Position numbers and translations under genes: made by a program. From the NCBI GenBank assembly GCA_963704885.1, contig CAVPIB010000004.1, forward strand, positions 672,001-736,000: a DNA stretch of 64,000 nucleotides, given 5' to 3'. Of this stretch, positions 1-9,887 are shown one piece after another. Within the stretch, counting starts at the first letter, position 1. Each line of letters begins with the position of its first letter. The notes below the pieces were generated by a model. It worked only from the letters and a program-made list of their open reading frames with translations, ran no database searches and was not told the DNA's origin. The stretch comes from an uncultured Actinomycetes bacterium. GTDB taxonomy: Bacteria; Actinomycetota; UBA4738; HRBIN12.

Positions 1-359
1 ACGTCGGCCACCACGTATTGCACCCGACGCGCGCCCGCGTTGGATCGGAACGATGAGATGGCCCGGACGACGTCCTCGGGCCAGCCCTCGACGACCCAAT
101 GGATCGAGACGTCGGCCGTCGCGGGTTGGTCCAGGACGGACCCGACATCGGTCGCCCGCAGGCGAGCCGGGCCTTCGCCCGCCGTCGATCCGGCGGCGAG
201 GAGCGGTTCGAGGCGCCACCCGTCGGGTTCGTCGACCACGGTCCAACCAGCTGCGACGATCCGGTCCCTGAGTTCGTCTGCCCCCGCGAAGTCCTTCGCG
301 GCGCGCCGTTCGGCGCGTTCGTCGGCCAGATCTCGAACGTCTCGTGGCGCCTCACCCAT
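1..359 (-). CDS. Partial (runs off window): CysRS C-terminal-like helical domain fused to GT2-like glycosyltransferase
   Basis: Hand translation from ATG 359, with GGAGG upstream: MGEAPRDVRDLADERAERRAAKDFAGADELRDRIVAAGWTVVDEPDGWRLE, resembling the CysRS tail R..AR..KDF..AD.IRD.L...G..l.D...G, then DVSIHWVVEGWPEDVVRAISSF..VQYVVAD, resembling the first strands of GT2. Not in the ORF track. Confidence 0.7.
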   Translation of the reverse strand, partial: MGEAPRDVRDLADERAERRAAKDFAGADELRDRIVAAGWTVVDEPDGWRLEPLLAAGSTAGEGPARLRATDVGSVLDQPATADVSIHWVVEGWPEDVVRAISSFRSNAGARRVQYVVAD

Positions 360-392
360 GGGACAGCGCCTCCGGGATGGGTCGGCTAAGCG

Positions 393-818
393 TCAGGCCG
401 TCGCGGCCTTGGTGGCCGAGCGCAGACGACCCGCCATCTGCTGCAGGGTCTTGAGAGCGATCGAGGGATGCTCCTGCATGAGCCCGCGGAACACCCACTC
501 GGTCAACCCGAGCATCTGTACATCGGTCGTGGCGGTGACGGTCGCCGTGCGAGGCCCGCCGTCCAGCAGGGCGATCTCGCCGAAGAACTCGCCGGGGCCT
601 AGTGTCGCCTTCTTCTTGCCGCCGATCGTGACGTCGGCGGTCCCCTCCACCAGGATGAACAGACCGATGCCCGGCTCGCCCTCGCGGGCGATAACGGTTC
701 CGGCCTTGTGAGGTATGTCGCGCACCACTCGGGCCACGGTCTGAAGGTCCCGCTGCGAACAGTCCGCGAACAGTGGCACCTTGGCCAGGCGGCTCACGTT
801 GGCTTTCGTCGTCCCCAC
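393..818 (-). CDS. Stand-alone cyclic nucleotide-binding domain protein
   Basis: LAKVPLF, GTVIAREGEPG, GEFFGEIALLDGGPRTATV phosphate-binding cassette. Confidence 0.92.
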   Translation of the reverse strand: MGTTKANVSRLAKVPLFADCSQRDLQTVARVVRDIPHKAGTVIAREGEPGIGLFILVEGTADVTIGGKKKATLGPGEFFGEIALLDGGPRTATVTATTDVQMLGLTEWVFRGLMQEHPSIALKTLQQMAGRLRSATKAATA

Positions 819-879
819 GGCCCTCTCCCCTCACCAGCGGTGCAACGTATCCGCGAATCCTACCCCGGACGCCCGGTCC

Positions 880-2221
880 TCAGTCCACCCGCCAGAGCGC
901 CCAGTAGGTCGCCGGGTCGAACGCGATCCCGTCGGTTACGGCGGCGGCCTCGATCGCGGTCTTGAATCCGTCCGTGCGCGCGACACCCAGCCAATGAGCC
1001 TGAACGTAGTCGTGCAGGACCTCCACGAACCTGTCGACCCCGAAGAGACCGGCCAGGTTGGCCAGCAGACAGCCGCCGCCGCTGTAGATCGTGAAGTACT
1101 CCCCCAGATGTGTGGCCCAATAGGCCATGTCGTTCGTCAGGCGGGCGCCGGCCGAGGGCCAATCGAATCCGGAGCACTGCTTCCACGCGCTGAACGGCAG
1201 GTACTGCGCCCAGGTGGCGAAGGACTCGTCCAGCCAAGGCTCGGCGAACTGATCATCTCCGACTATCCCGTAGAAGTACTGGTGAGCCAGTTCATGGCTG
1301 ATCGTGTATCGGTCGCGGTTGGTGAAGATGATCGTGGGGTACTCCATGCCGCCGAACGTCCTGAAGTCCGCGAGGACCACGTCCATGTCCGGGTACGGGA
1401 AGGTCCCGAACGCCTCCGAGTACTTGTCCATGGATCGCACCGCGACGGTGAGCGCCGCCCGGGCCCGCCGCACGCTCATATCGCGTGGCAGGTACGAGAC
1501 CACGACACGGGTCCCGCCGGACCTGCCCTTGACGGACGCGAGGCGCCCTGCGGCCCACTCGAAGTCGCGGACGTCGTTCGCCACGTAGGTAGTGATCCGG
1601 CGCCTGCCCTGGGTTCGTGATCCGACTCGCCGAGCCCGACGTGGGCGTACTGAGGCCGGCGGGGACGTTCAACGTGACCCGGTAGTCCCCGACCACCGAA
1701 TAGAAGCTCTCGCCGATGTCCACGAACGGATCCAGGTGCCAGCCGAGGTCGTCGTGGACGGCGAGCGTCGGGAGCGCGGTACCGGCCAACGCCAGACCGC
1801 CGTGGTACCCGAAGCGGTCGTTCTTGGCGGGTAGGTGGATGGCCACGCGCATGGCGATGGTCGCGCGTTCTCCCGGCGCCAGCGGCACGTCGAGCTCCAC
1901 CGGGAACGCCGTGCACTTGCGTGAGAGCTTGCCCGCCGTGCCTCCTGTCACGTCGATGACGACGATCGCCTGCGCGCCGCAGCCCTTCACGCCGTTGGAC
2001 CAAAGGCGGAGCCAGATGGTGGAGAGCGGGTCGGCATCCAGGTTGGTGAACGAGACGCGTGACGTGCCGCGCCAGTCGTGACCCAGCGCGCCGCCACGCA
2101 GCGCCACCACGTACGAGGGCTCCCCAGGGTTGCGGATCACGGTGTCTGCCTGAGCGGGCGCGACCGGCGCCAGCTGAAGCAACACGAGGGTGAGCGGAAT
2201 GAAGCGCCTGAGGAACCTCAT
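880..2221 (-). CDS. Secreted M1-family (gluzincin) aminopeptidase, one frameshift near 1610
   Basis: Signal peptide MRFLRRFIPLTLVLLQLAPVAPAQA; GGMEYP and HELAH..WLDES motifs; split over ORFs 1292..2233 and 880..1584. Confidence 0.85.
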
Positions 2222-2600
2222 CGTCGTGCCCACTTATCGCGCGTGATCGCGTAAACGACGGCCTGGAAGCTCACGCCGTTGTCCCACACCTCGGCCTCGT
2301 GGTCGAAGCTCATGCCCAGCCGGCGCATCACCGCCAGGCTGCGCACGTTCGGTCGATCCGCGATGGAGATGACCCGCGGCGCACCGAGGGTGTCGAACGC
2401 GTGGTCCAGCCACGCGGTGGCCGCCTCGGTCGCATACCCGTTCCCCCAGTGATCGTAGGCGAGGCGCCACCCCACCTCGAGCTCGTCGGGGTAACCCTCC
2501 TGGTGATGAAGGCCGCACATGCCGAGGAACTCGCCGTCCTCCCGGCGTTCGACGGCCAGCAGCCCGATGCCCATCGGTCCTGGTGAGCACTGCTGCGCCC
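2218..2600 (-). pseudogene. RimJ/RimL-type GNAT acetyltransferase, N-terminus missing
   Basis: ELEVGWRLAYDHWGNGYATEAA, NVRSLAVMRRLGM; no RimL N-terminal segment upstream. Confidence 0.7.
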
Positions 2601-2619
2601 ACGGAGCGACGTGTGTGGG

Positions 2620-2853
2620 CCCGAGAGCGATCCTCCGCCCGAGCCAAGGGGCCGACCGTCCGAGCCGGACGGGCGCAGCGCGAGGGCGCCACCGACGATG
2701 GCGACCGTCAGACCGAGCCCCACGCCCATCGCTCCGACCCTGCGCCGACGCGCACGACGGTCACGAAGTCGCGCAGCGTCGCCCAGGTCGAAACCCGCAG
2801 GTCAGAGGCAAGTCGAGACCTGCGAGTCGCTCGAGCACGTGCTTGACGTGCAT
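2620..2853 (-). pseudogene. Fragment of anti-sigma-like single-TM protein
   Basis: MHVKHVLERLAGLDLP.., Arg-rich stretch, then hydrophobic GVGLGLTVAIVGGALAL; directly follows the sigma remnant; frameshifted and truncated. Confidence 0.5.
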
Positions 2854-3371
2854 CCGTCGGTGTCTCCGTTCCGGAGGCTGGCAGGGCGACGCGTTCGCGT
2901 GCCGCGAGGACGCGAACGGTGGCCGGGCCGATTCCTCATCGCCATCGCCTCGTCGTGCGATCGGCATGTCGACGTAGCTCCGATCACGACCAGGCGTGCA
3001 CGTTCGGAGGCGGCCAGCGCGCCGAGCGCGCGCACCACGACATCGCGCGCCTCCACAGCCTCGAGATCGCGCGGGACTCCGAACTTGAGACGGCGTGGCG
3101 AAGCGCGACGGCGGCCCGTCGTCGGCGATTCCGGAAGGACGCTCATGCGCTCCGGACGAGATAGGCCGAGGGGTCGTCAGGATCGCCGTGCCGGTCCCAC
3201 TGCTCCAAGTCCCGCAGGCACCGTGCTAGCGCGATGTCCTCCGCCTCGTGGCGATCACGGGTGATCACGCCAGAGCGCTGAGGACAGCCGGTCGCGCTCT
3301 TCGGCGAACAGCCTGACGGACGTCGCCGACCCGAAGGCATCCTCGATCGCCGGCGACGACGAAGTATCCAT
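2850..3371 (-). pseudogene. Degenerate SigE-family ECF sigma factor
   Basis: Fragments in alternating frames: LFAEERDRLSSALW, ITRDRHEAEDIA, WDR..DDPSAYL, DLEAVEARDVVVRALGAL..ERA.LVV. Confidence 0.7.
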
Positions 3372-3585
3372 TGGTGACACGGACACCAAAGGACTCGATC
3401 ATGTTGACGCGGGCTCGCATCGTCTGCGAGCCGCGCCAGCTCCGCGAATAGCCGGGCGCGGCGCGCTCGCCCAGCGTCTTCTTGCTCGAAGCTGTCGAAC
3501 CGGCCTACCGTCGTCGCGGCACGCGTAGATCCGGGAACGGGAAAGGGTGCCGGCCTCCCGACACCTCTGACCTGCGCTTTCTTCG

Positions 3586-3659
3586 TCGCGGGGACAGGAT
3601 TTGAACCTGTGACCTCTGGGTTATGAGCCCAGCGAGCTACCGGACTGCTCCACCCCGCA
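3586..3659 (-). tRNA. tRNA-fMet (initiator, anticodon CAT), CCA not encoded
   Basis: TGCGGGGTGGAGCAGTCCGGTAGCTCGCTGGGCTCATAACCCAGAGGTCACAGGTTCAAATCCTGTCCCCGCGA; three G-C pairs in the anticodon stem, A11-U24, weak U1-G72 pair. Confidence 0.97.
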
Positions 3660-3664
3660 CGAAG

Positions 3665-3694
3665 ATGCTAGCCGAGGGCTCGACATCTCGACAA
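3665..3694 (-). promoter_or_regulatory. Housekeeping-sigma promoter of the tRNA
   Basis: TTGTCG-N18-TAGCAT, 5 nt before the tRNA 5' end. Confidence 0.65.
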
Positions 3695-3763
3695 GCACGG
3701 CGGGGGGTAGGGCGACTGAACTCCGTCTGTTCGGCCGGGAACGATCCGCATGTCCAGGCGCGG

Positions 3764-4351
3764 CTAGGCCCGCCTCCGCCATAGGGGCCGCTTACCCCGG
3801 TTCACGTCGGTGATGAACTCGTCGATGCCGGCGAGCTTCCCCAAGATGCGGTCGATGCGGCCGTTAGGCTCCGGATCCGGGTCGACCGGGAGATCGAGGC
3901 GCGCCGCCGCCGAACCGTCGGCCGAATCCGCCAGGGCCGCCAGACGGACGGCTCCCTGCAGGTCCGTCGATCCCTGCTTCAGGCGTGCGAGGTCCTCGAG
4001 CGACGCGACCCGCGTCGCCACACCGTGGCTGAGGGTCACTTCGGTGGCGTTCGCGTCGAGCGCGGCGAACTCCGCGGCGTTCTCGAGGCAACCTAGATGC
4101 CCGAACGGCGTGTTGAACACTGCTCTGTGCTCGTCCCCACCGGTTGCGTCGCCGAGCTGGGCCCCCAGCTGCTGCAGCGCGAGCGACACGCGCGCCAGGT
4201 TCTGCTCGTCGTCGGGGACGCAGATGTCGACGTCGTCGGTATCCAGCGGCGCACCATGGATCGCGGCCGCCAACTCGCCGACCAGCACGTATCGAACACC
4301 GTGCGACCGCAAGCCGGCAAGGATCCGCAGCGCATCGACAGCCTCAGGCAT
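3764..4351 (-). CDS. Nucleotidyltransferase-fold protein
   Basis: VRYVLVGELAAAIHGAPLDTDDVDIC (G..A..hG...T.D.D), VASLEDLARLK; SD GGAGG. Confidence 0.75.
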   Translation of the reverse strand: MPEAVDALRILAGLRSHGVRYVLVGELAAAIHGAPLDTDDVDICVPDDEQNLARVSLALQQLGAQLGDATGGDEHRAVFNTPFGHLGCLENAAEFAALDANATEVTLSHGVATRVASLEDLARLKQGSTDLQGAVRLAALADSADGSAAARLDLPVDPDPEPNGRIDRILGKLAGIDEFITDVNRGKRPLWRRRA

Positions 4352-4426
4352 GCTTCCCACCTCCCCCACACCATCATCGGCGCGGGGCTATCCACACCTT
4401 GAAGGGCAACCAGAGGGTCGCTGGCG

Positions 4427-5302
4427 CTACGAGGGGGCTGCGGGCGTCGTGGACACGGCTTCCCGGAACGCCGAGAGACGAGCCTCGATCGCCGGATCGT
4501 CGGCGAGCCTGCCGAGATGCCCCTCTCTTCCGCGGATCACCAGGAAGACCTCCTTCCAGAACTTCGCCCTGGGGGCCCCCACCGCAGCCCCCGTTCCCAT
4601 CTGGAAGGCCCACCGCATCAGGGCGTCCACTTCGTCCCTCGTCACGACATCGACATGGACCCCTCGTCTGGTCAAGAACGCGAGAGAGTCCTCGTGATGG
4701 TCGACCACGTCTCCGATCGAAGCCCCGGGGAACACCTGGAGAAGTTCCCCCTCCCATAGCCGCGGTCCACGGCTCGACGTGGCCGTACAGGCCATGCCAT
4801 GACGATCCGCGACCAGCGACGTCAACTCCACGTCAGGAGCGCCTTCCTTCCTCTGGCGCCGTGCCGTCATGACCTGCGCCACGACGCTATCGCGCACGCG
4901 CAGGAGCACGATCTCGATCGTGCCGTTCGGACAGCGACGAGCCCTGATCGCTCCGAATCCTGCGGCGATGAGCCCGTCGACGCACTCCACCAACACGGTG
5001 GGAACCTCGCCCTCGAGGGGCTCGCCAGGCCGGGGGCCGGAGACGAGTTCTCGACGTAGGCAACGCCTCAACCCTGCCAAGCGAACGATGAACAGAAACA
5101 CTTCGAAGAGCCAGATCCCTCCCACGAGGACAGGGATCGCCCGCCAGCCCTCCAACCAGCCAGCGGGTAGGGCCACGATCACGAGGACGACCAAGAACGC
5201 ACCCCGGGCTCCGGTTCGCTTCAGGACCTCCCTCCTCGGGAGCCGACGAGAGAAGGACACCCACTGGTAGCCGAGCAGCCCGATGCATGCGCCTAAGATC
5301 AC
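4427..5302 (-). CDS. Hypothetical membrane protein (three N-terminal hydrophobic segments); start uncertain
   Basis: Protein-like distal part of ORF 4427..5995; the proximal part is antisense shadow of the ALDH gene. Confidence 0.55.
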   Translation of the reverse strand: MILGACIGLLGYQWVSFSRRLPRREVLKRTGARGAFLVVLVIVALPAGWLEGWRAIPVLVGGIWLFEVFLFIVRLAGLRRCLRRELVSGPRPGEPLEGEVPTVLVECVDGLIAAGFGAIRARRCPNGTIEIVLLRVRDSVVAQVMTARRQRKEGAPDVELTSLVADRHGMACTATSSRGPRLWEGELLQVFPGASIGDVVDHHEDSLAFLTRRGVHVDVVTRDEVDALMRWAFQMGTGAAVGAPRAKFWKEVFLVIRGREGHLGRLADDPAIEARLSAFREAVSTTPAAPS

Positions 5303-5416
5303 GGCGAGGTCAGTGCGGATGCGACACCTCCAGGGACATCTCCACCGAACGAATCGACCGAACGAGCAGGTCGCTTGAGACGCGCACGCCCCGCCGGTGC
5401 TGGGTAGCATCGCCCC

Positions 5417-6973
5417 ATGGCACGAACCGTTTCCTCCATCGTCGGAGATGCGTCGACCGGCACCTCGCCCGGGGGACGGCTCACCGTCGCGAACCCAGCC
5501 GACCTGTCGGAGACCTTTACCGAAGCACTCCTGGGCGATGCCGGCACGTTCGTCGACGCTTGTCGAACGGCGCGGGCCGCGCAGCCGGGCTGGGCGGCGG
5601 TCCCCGCCCCCGTCCGTGGACGCGTCATCCAGCAACTCGGACGCCTGGTGGAGGAGAACGAAGAGGCGCTCTCCCAACTGATCACCCGCGAGATCGGCAA
5701 GCCGATCAAGGAGTCGCGCGGCGAGGTGCAGGAGGTCATCGACACCTGCAACTTCTTCCTGGGTGAGGGACGCCGGCTCTACGGGCAAACGGTGCCTTCG
5801 GAGATGCCCGATAAGCAGCTCTTCACGTTCCGCATGCCGGTCGGCGTGGCCGCGATCATCACGGCGGGGAACTTCCCGGTCGCGGTCCCCTCTTGGTACC
5901 TGGTCCCGGCTCTCCTGTGCGGCAACGCCGTGGTCTGGAAGCCCGCCGAGTACACACCGGCCATCGCTGAGGCGTTCGCGCAGCTGATCCTTCACGCCGG
6001 GCTCCCCGAGGACGCCTTCAGCATGGTGCTCACCGACGGGACCCAGACGTTCGCCGGTCTGGAGCGTGCGCTGGACGACGGCCTCGTGGACAAGGTCGGA
6101 TTCACCGGCTCAACCGATGTGGGCCGGCGGATCGGCGAGCTCTGCGGACGTCACCTCCAATCGCCGTGCCTCGAGCTGGGCGGCAAGAACCCGCTCGTGG
6201 TCATGCCCGACGCTGACCTCGACCTGGCCGTGGAGGGCGCGCTGTTCAGCGGGTTCGGGACGGCGGGCCAGCGTTGCACCTCGCTCGGCATAGCGATCGT
6301 TCACGCCGACGTCCACGACGACTTCATGGCGCGGTTCGACAAGGCGGCAGGCGAGGCGGCGATCGGCGACCCGACGCAGGACGTGCTCTACGGACCCATG
6401 ATCAGCCAGCGGTTCTGCGACCGGTTCCTCGGATGGCTCGATCTGATCCAGCCGCACCACCGCGTCAGCGGCTCCACAGGCATCGGGCGCATCACGGCCG
6501 CCAACCCGCGCGAGGGGTTCGTGGGCGACCCCGACATGGGCATCTACTGCCACCCGACGATCGTGGATGGAGTGCGCGCCGAGGACGCGCTGTACTCGAC
6601 CGAGACGTTCGGCCCTATCGTGGCGGTCGCCTCGTTCGACACGTTCGATCAGGCGATGGATCTGGCGAACGGCCACGGGTACGGGCTGTCGTCGTCGATC
6701 TACACGCGCGATCCGCTGAGCGCGTTCCGGTTCCGCGAGCGCATCTCGGCCGGGATGGTGAGCGTTAACAACTCCACGTCGGGCGCCGAGGCGCACCTGC
6801 CCTTCGGCGGCAACGGACGGAGCGGGAACGGCAGCCGTCAGTCCGGCATCTGGGTCCTGGATCAGTTCACCCGCTGGCAGGCCATGAACTGGGACTACTC
6901 GGGACACCTGCAGAAGGCGCAGATGGACGTGGCCGACCTCGAAGCCGACCTGAGCTTCCGCCTAGAAGGCTGA
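5417..6973 (+). CDS. Aldehyde dehydrogenase family protein
   Basis: ITAGNFP, WKPAE, FTGS, LELGGKNP, AGQRCT, ETFGP, PFGG; TAGCAT-N6-ATG leaderless start. Confidence 0.95.
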   Translation: MARTVSSIVGDASTGTSPGGRLTVANPADLSETFTEALLGDAGTFVDACRTARAAQPGWAAVPAPVRGRVIQQLGRLVEENEEALSQLITREIGKPIKESRGEVQEVIDTCNFFLGEGRRLYGQTVPSEMPDKQLFTFRMPVGVAAIITAGNFPVAVPSWYLVPALLCGNAVVWKPAEYTPAIAEAFAQLILHAGLPEDAFSMVLTDGTQTFAGLERALDDGLVDKVGFTGSTDVGRRIGELCGRHLQSPCLELGGKNPLVVMPDADLDLAVEGALFSGFGTAGQRCTSLGIAIVHADVHDDFMARFDKAAGEAAIGDPTQDVLYGPMISQRFCDRFLGWLDLIQPHHRVSGSTGIGRITAANPREGFVGDPDMGIYCHPTIVDGVRAEDALYSTETFGPIVAVASFDTFDQAMDLANGHGYGLSSSIYTRDPLSAFRFRERISAGMVSVNNSTSGAEAHLPFGGNGRSGNGSRQSGIWVLDQFTRWQAMNWDYSGHLQKAQMDVADLEADLSFRLEG

Positions 6974-6982
6974 GGTCCGCCC

Positions 6983-9826
6983 CTACGGGGAGGGGCTCGC
7001 CGACGGGCTCACCGAGGCGCCGCCGGTCTGCTGCACCAGCAGCTCGTTCGCCTGCTCCACCAGGGTCTGCGCCGCCTGCAGCTCCCGCTGATAGGTGGCC
7101 AGGTCCCCGGCACGCAGGGCCACGTCGGCGGCAAGGAAGTGCTCGACCGCCTGATCGAGCAGGTCCGCAACCTGTTCATCGATCGTTCCGATTGGCGGCG
7201 GTTCCTCTCCGCCTCCCGTGCTGGGCTGCTGACCGGTGGTGGACGCGAGGAGCGCCTCGGACAGGGTGATGCCGACCCCGACCGTGTCCCCGTTCACCAC
7301 GATGATCCGCTTCAGCTCGGGGATCGAGCTCTCCTGGTTCGAACGGACGTAGACCGGTTGCACGTAGAGCAGCGAATCGTTGATCGGGATCACCAGGAAG
7401 TCGCCGAAGACGATCCTCGACCCCACCTGACCCAGCAACGTGCGGAACGTCGAGAAGGTGGGGTCCTGGTTGATCTGCGCGAACACCTGGGTGGGACCGT
7501 CCACGTTGCGTCCCGCCGGGAACGTATACGCCACCATGTCTCCGTAGGAGCCCGGATCGGAGCTGACCGCCAACCACGACACCAGGTTCTGACGCTCGGC
7601 CGGCGTGAACGGGAGGATCAGCATGAATCGCTCGTCGGTCTCCTCCGGCAATCGCATCAGCGAGTAGTAGGGGCGGAGCGGACCCGACGAAGCCGAGTCG
7701 CCGCTCGCCGAGGGTTGGTTGGCCGAGATGGTGGGGTCGATCGGGATCTGCCAGACGTCCTGCTTCTGGAAGAAGACCGTCGTATCCGTGACGTGATACG
7801 TGGCGAACTGCGTCGCCTGCACCTGGAACAGACCCTCCGGATAACGGAAGTGCGCCACCAGGTCGGCGGGTGCCTCCGACAGAGGCGTGAACAGATCCGG
7901 GAACGCCGCCGCCCACGCCTGTACGATCGGGTCGTCCTCGTCGACGATGTAGTACTTCATGGTTCCGTCGTACGCGTCGACCGTCACCTTCACGGAGTTG
8001 GTCATGTAGTTGGCGCCGCCCTGAATGGCGCCGTCCGTCGCCGTGCCGAGGTCGATCTCCTGCGAGTACGGGTATTCGACGCTGGTCGTGTACGCATCCC
8101 AGATCCACGTCAGGCGTCCATCCACCACCGCGAAGTACGGATCCTCGTCGAGGGTCAGGAACGGCGCCGGCTTCGGTACACGCTCTTCGAGGGATCGGTT
8201 GATCATGATCCGGCTGTCGGGCTTGATGAGGCCCGAGATCAGCAGGTTCACGTCCTTGAAGCGCCAGGCGAACAGCGCCCGCTGCAACATGTTGCCCACC
8301 GGGATCCCGCCCGTGCCGTCATATGAGTATCCGGATGGGGCGCCCTCGTAGTCCAACTCCTGCGCACCGGTATTCGTCATCACGAACGGGACATCCGCTA
8401 CCTCGCCGAAATAGATCCGGGGTTCGTCGACCTGCGGAACGCCCACCGGAGGGATGTCGCTCAGCGAAAGGACAGGGGCACCCTCGCTCGTGGCCGTGTT
8501 CACCTGCGCCGCGACGGCTCCGTACCCGTGGGTATACACGAGATGTTGGTTCTGCCATGAGCGGCCGGATGCGGAGATGCCGTTCTGGCTGATCTCGCGA
8601 CCCGACACCATGAGGACTCGTGGCGCACCGGAGAGCGGATAACGATCCACGTCCACGTCGTGGAACTCGTAGTACTGGCGGATGCGTTGCAGCGACTGGA
8701 AGTTCTCGCCCAGCACGGTAGGACGCCACAGCCGGATGTTCGATACGGTGACCTGGTTCTCTTCGAGTGCGTCTGCCGAGACGTTCAGGTCGGCCGGACG
8801 CTCCGAGACCGCGATCGCATCCAACCCGAACGCCCGACGGGTCGCCTCGATGTTGTAGGCGATGTAGGGCGCTTCGCGCTGCTGCTCCTGCGGCTCCACC
8901 CTGAACTTCTGCACGAAAGCCGGGTACGCCGTGCCCAAGAGCACCGACACCAACGCCAAGAGCCCGACGGCGATCACCGGCAGGCTCCAAAGCCGGACGC
9001 GGATGTTCACCACGAACAGCACCGCACAGATCACCGCCACGATCGCCAGGAAGTTGAGCGCCGGTAGCTGCGCATGGACGTCGGTGTAGGACGCTCCCTC
9101 GACCACCCCGCGCGGCGAGGTCAACAGATCGAACCGGCCCAAGTAGTAGCCCCAGGCCTTGGCGACCATGATCAGGCCAAGGAGCACCGAAAGGTGCGCC
9201 CGGACGGGGGGCGTCACCTTATCGGCGAACGCCGGCGCCTGCGGCTGGATGCCGCCCCAGAGGAAGTGAGCGATCCCCACGATCACCGTCACGCCCACGA
9301 GAGAGGAGAAAAGCCACCCCTGCACGAAGCGCAGCCACGGGAGAGAGAACACGTAGAAGGCGGGGTCGCGACCGAACAGGGGCTCCGGCGATCCGAACGA
9401 CAACCCGGACCCGTTGCGCCACAGCAGGAACGTCCGCCACTGTTGAGCTACGCCGATCCCCACGAGCAGCGCCAGCGCGGCGGCTCCGAGTGGGATCATC
9501 CACCCCAGGTGAGGCTCGATGTTCTGCCTCACCCGTTCCACCATCTCCTGCTCGGGGGTAAGGATCCGGGTCGTCGGGGTGGTCCGGCGAACGATCAGCA
9601 TGTTCGCGTAGAGCAGACCGAAGAACAGCAACCCGAAGACCAGCCCCAGCAGCACCTTGGTCCGCAGCACTGTCCAGAAGACGCTCTGGAGGTCGACCTC
9701 GCGGAACCAGAGCAGGTCGACGTAGAACCCCGACATCACCGTGAAGATGATGAACAGGAGGATGAAGATGCCGATCGCGACGATCGGCCACCGGCGCGTA
9801 CCCGCCGGGATGGTCCTTCGCATCAT
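6983..9826 (-). CDS. UPF0182 family membrane protein
   Basis: YVDLLWFREV, GASYTDVHAQLPA, NIRLW, DVDVDRY, HLVYTHGYG, NSVKVTVDAYDG, HFRYPE. Confidence 0.95.
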   Translation of the reverse strand: MMRRTIPAGTRRWPIVAIGIFILLFIIFTVMSGFYVDLLWFREVDLQSVFWTVLRTKVLLGLVFGLLFFGLLYANMLIVRRTTPTTRILTPEQEMVERVRQNIEPHLGWMIPLGAAALALLVGIGVAQQWRTFLLWRNGSGLSFGSPEPLFGRDPAFYVFSLPWLRFVQGWLFSSLVGVTVIVGIAHFLWGGIQPQAPAFADKVTPPVRAHLSVLLGLIMVAKAWGYYLGRFDLLTSPRGVVEGASYTDVHAQLPALNFLAIVAVICAVLFVVNIRVRLWSLPVIAVGLLALVSVLLGTAYPAFVQKFRVEPQEQQREAPYIAYNIEATRRAFGLDAIAVSERPADLNVSADALEENQVTVSNIRLWRPTVLGENFQSLQRIRQYYEFHDVDVDRYPLSGAPRVLMVSGREISQNGISASGRSWQNQHLVYTHGYGAVAAQVNTATSEGAPVLSLSDIPPVGVPQVDEPRIYFGEVADVPFVMTNTGAQELDYEGAPSGYSYDGTGGIPVGNMLQRALFAWRFKDVNLLISGLIKPDSRIMINRSLEERVPKPAPFLTLDEDPYFAVVDGRLTWIWDAYTTSVEYPYSQEIDLGTATDGAIQGGANYMTNSVKVTVDAYDGTMKYYIVDEDDPIVQAWAAAFPDLFTPLSEAPADLVAHFRYPEGLFQVQATQFATYHVTDTTVFFQKQDVWQIPIDPTISANQPSASGDSASSGPLRPYYSLMRLPEETDERFMLILPFTPAERQNLVSWLAVSSDPGSYGDMVAYTFPAGRNVDGPTQVFAQINQDPTFSTFRTLLGQVGSRIVFGDFLVIPINDSLLYVQPVYVRSNQESSIPELKRIIVVNGDTVGVGITLSEALLASTTGQQPSTGGGEEPPPIGTIDEQVADLLDQAVEHFLAADVALRAGDLATYQRELQAAQTLVEQANELLVQQTGGASVSPSASPSP

Positions 9827-9887
9827 ATGAACGCAGCCTAACGCATGCCGCCAGATACCACCCTTCGAGGCGTCCTCGGGCGGCGCC

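Noticed and set aside
1-3586. Integrated element with an att duplication of the tRNA 3' end
   Set aside because: No integrase and no second copy of the tRNA 3' sequence was seen within the window.
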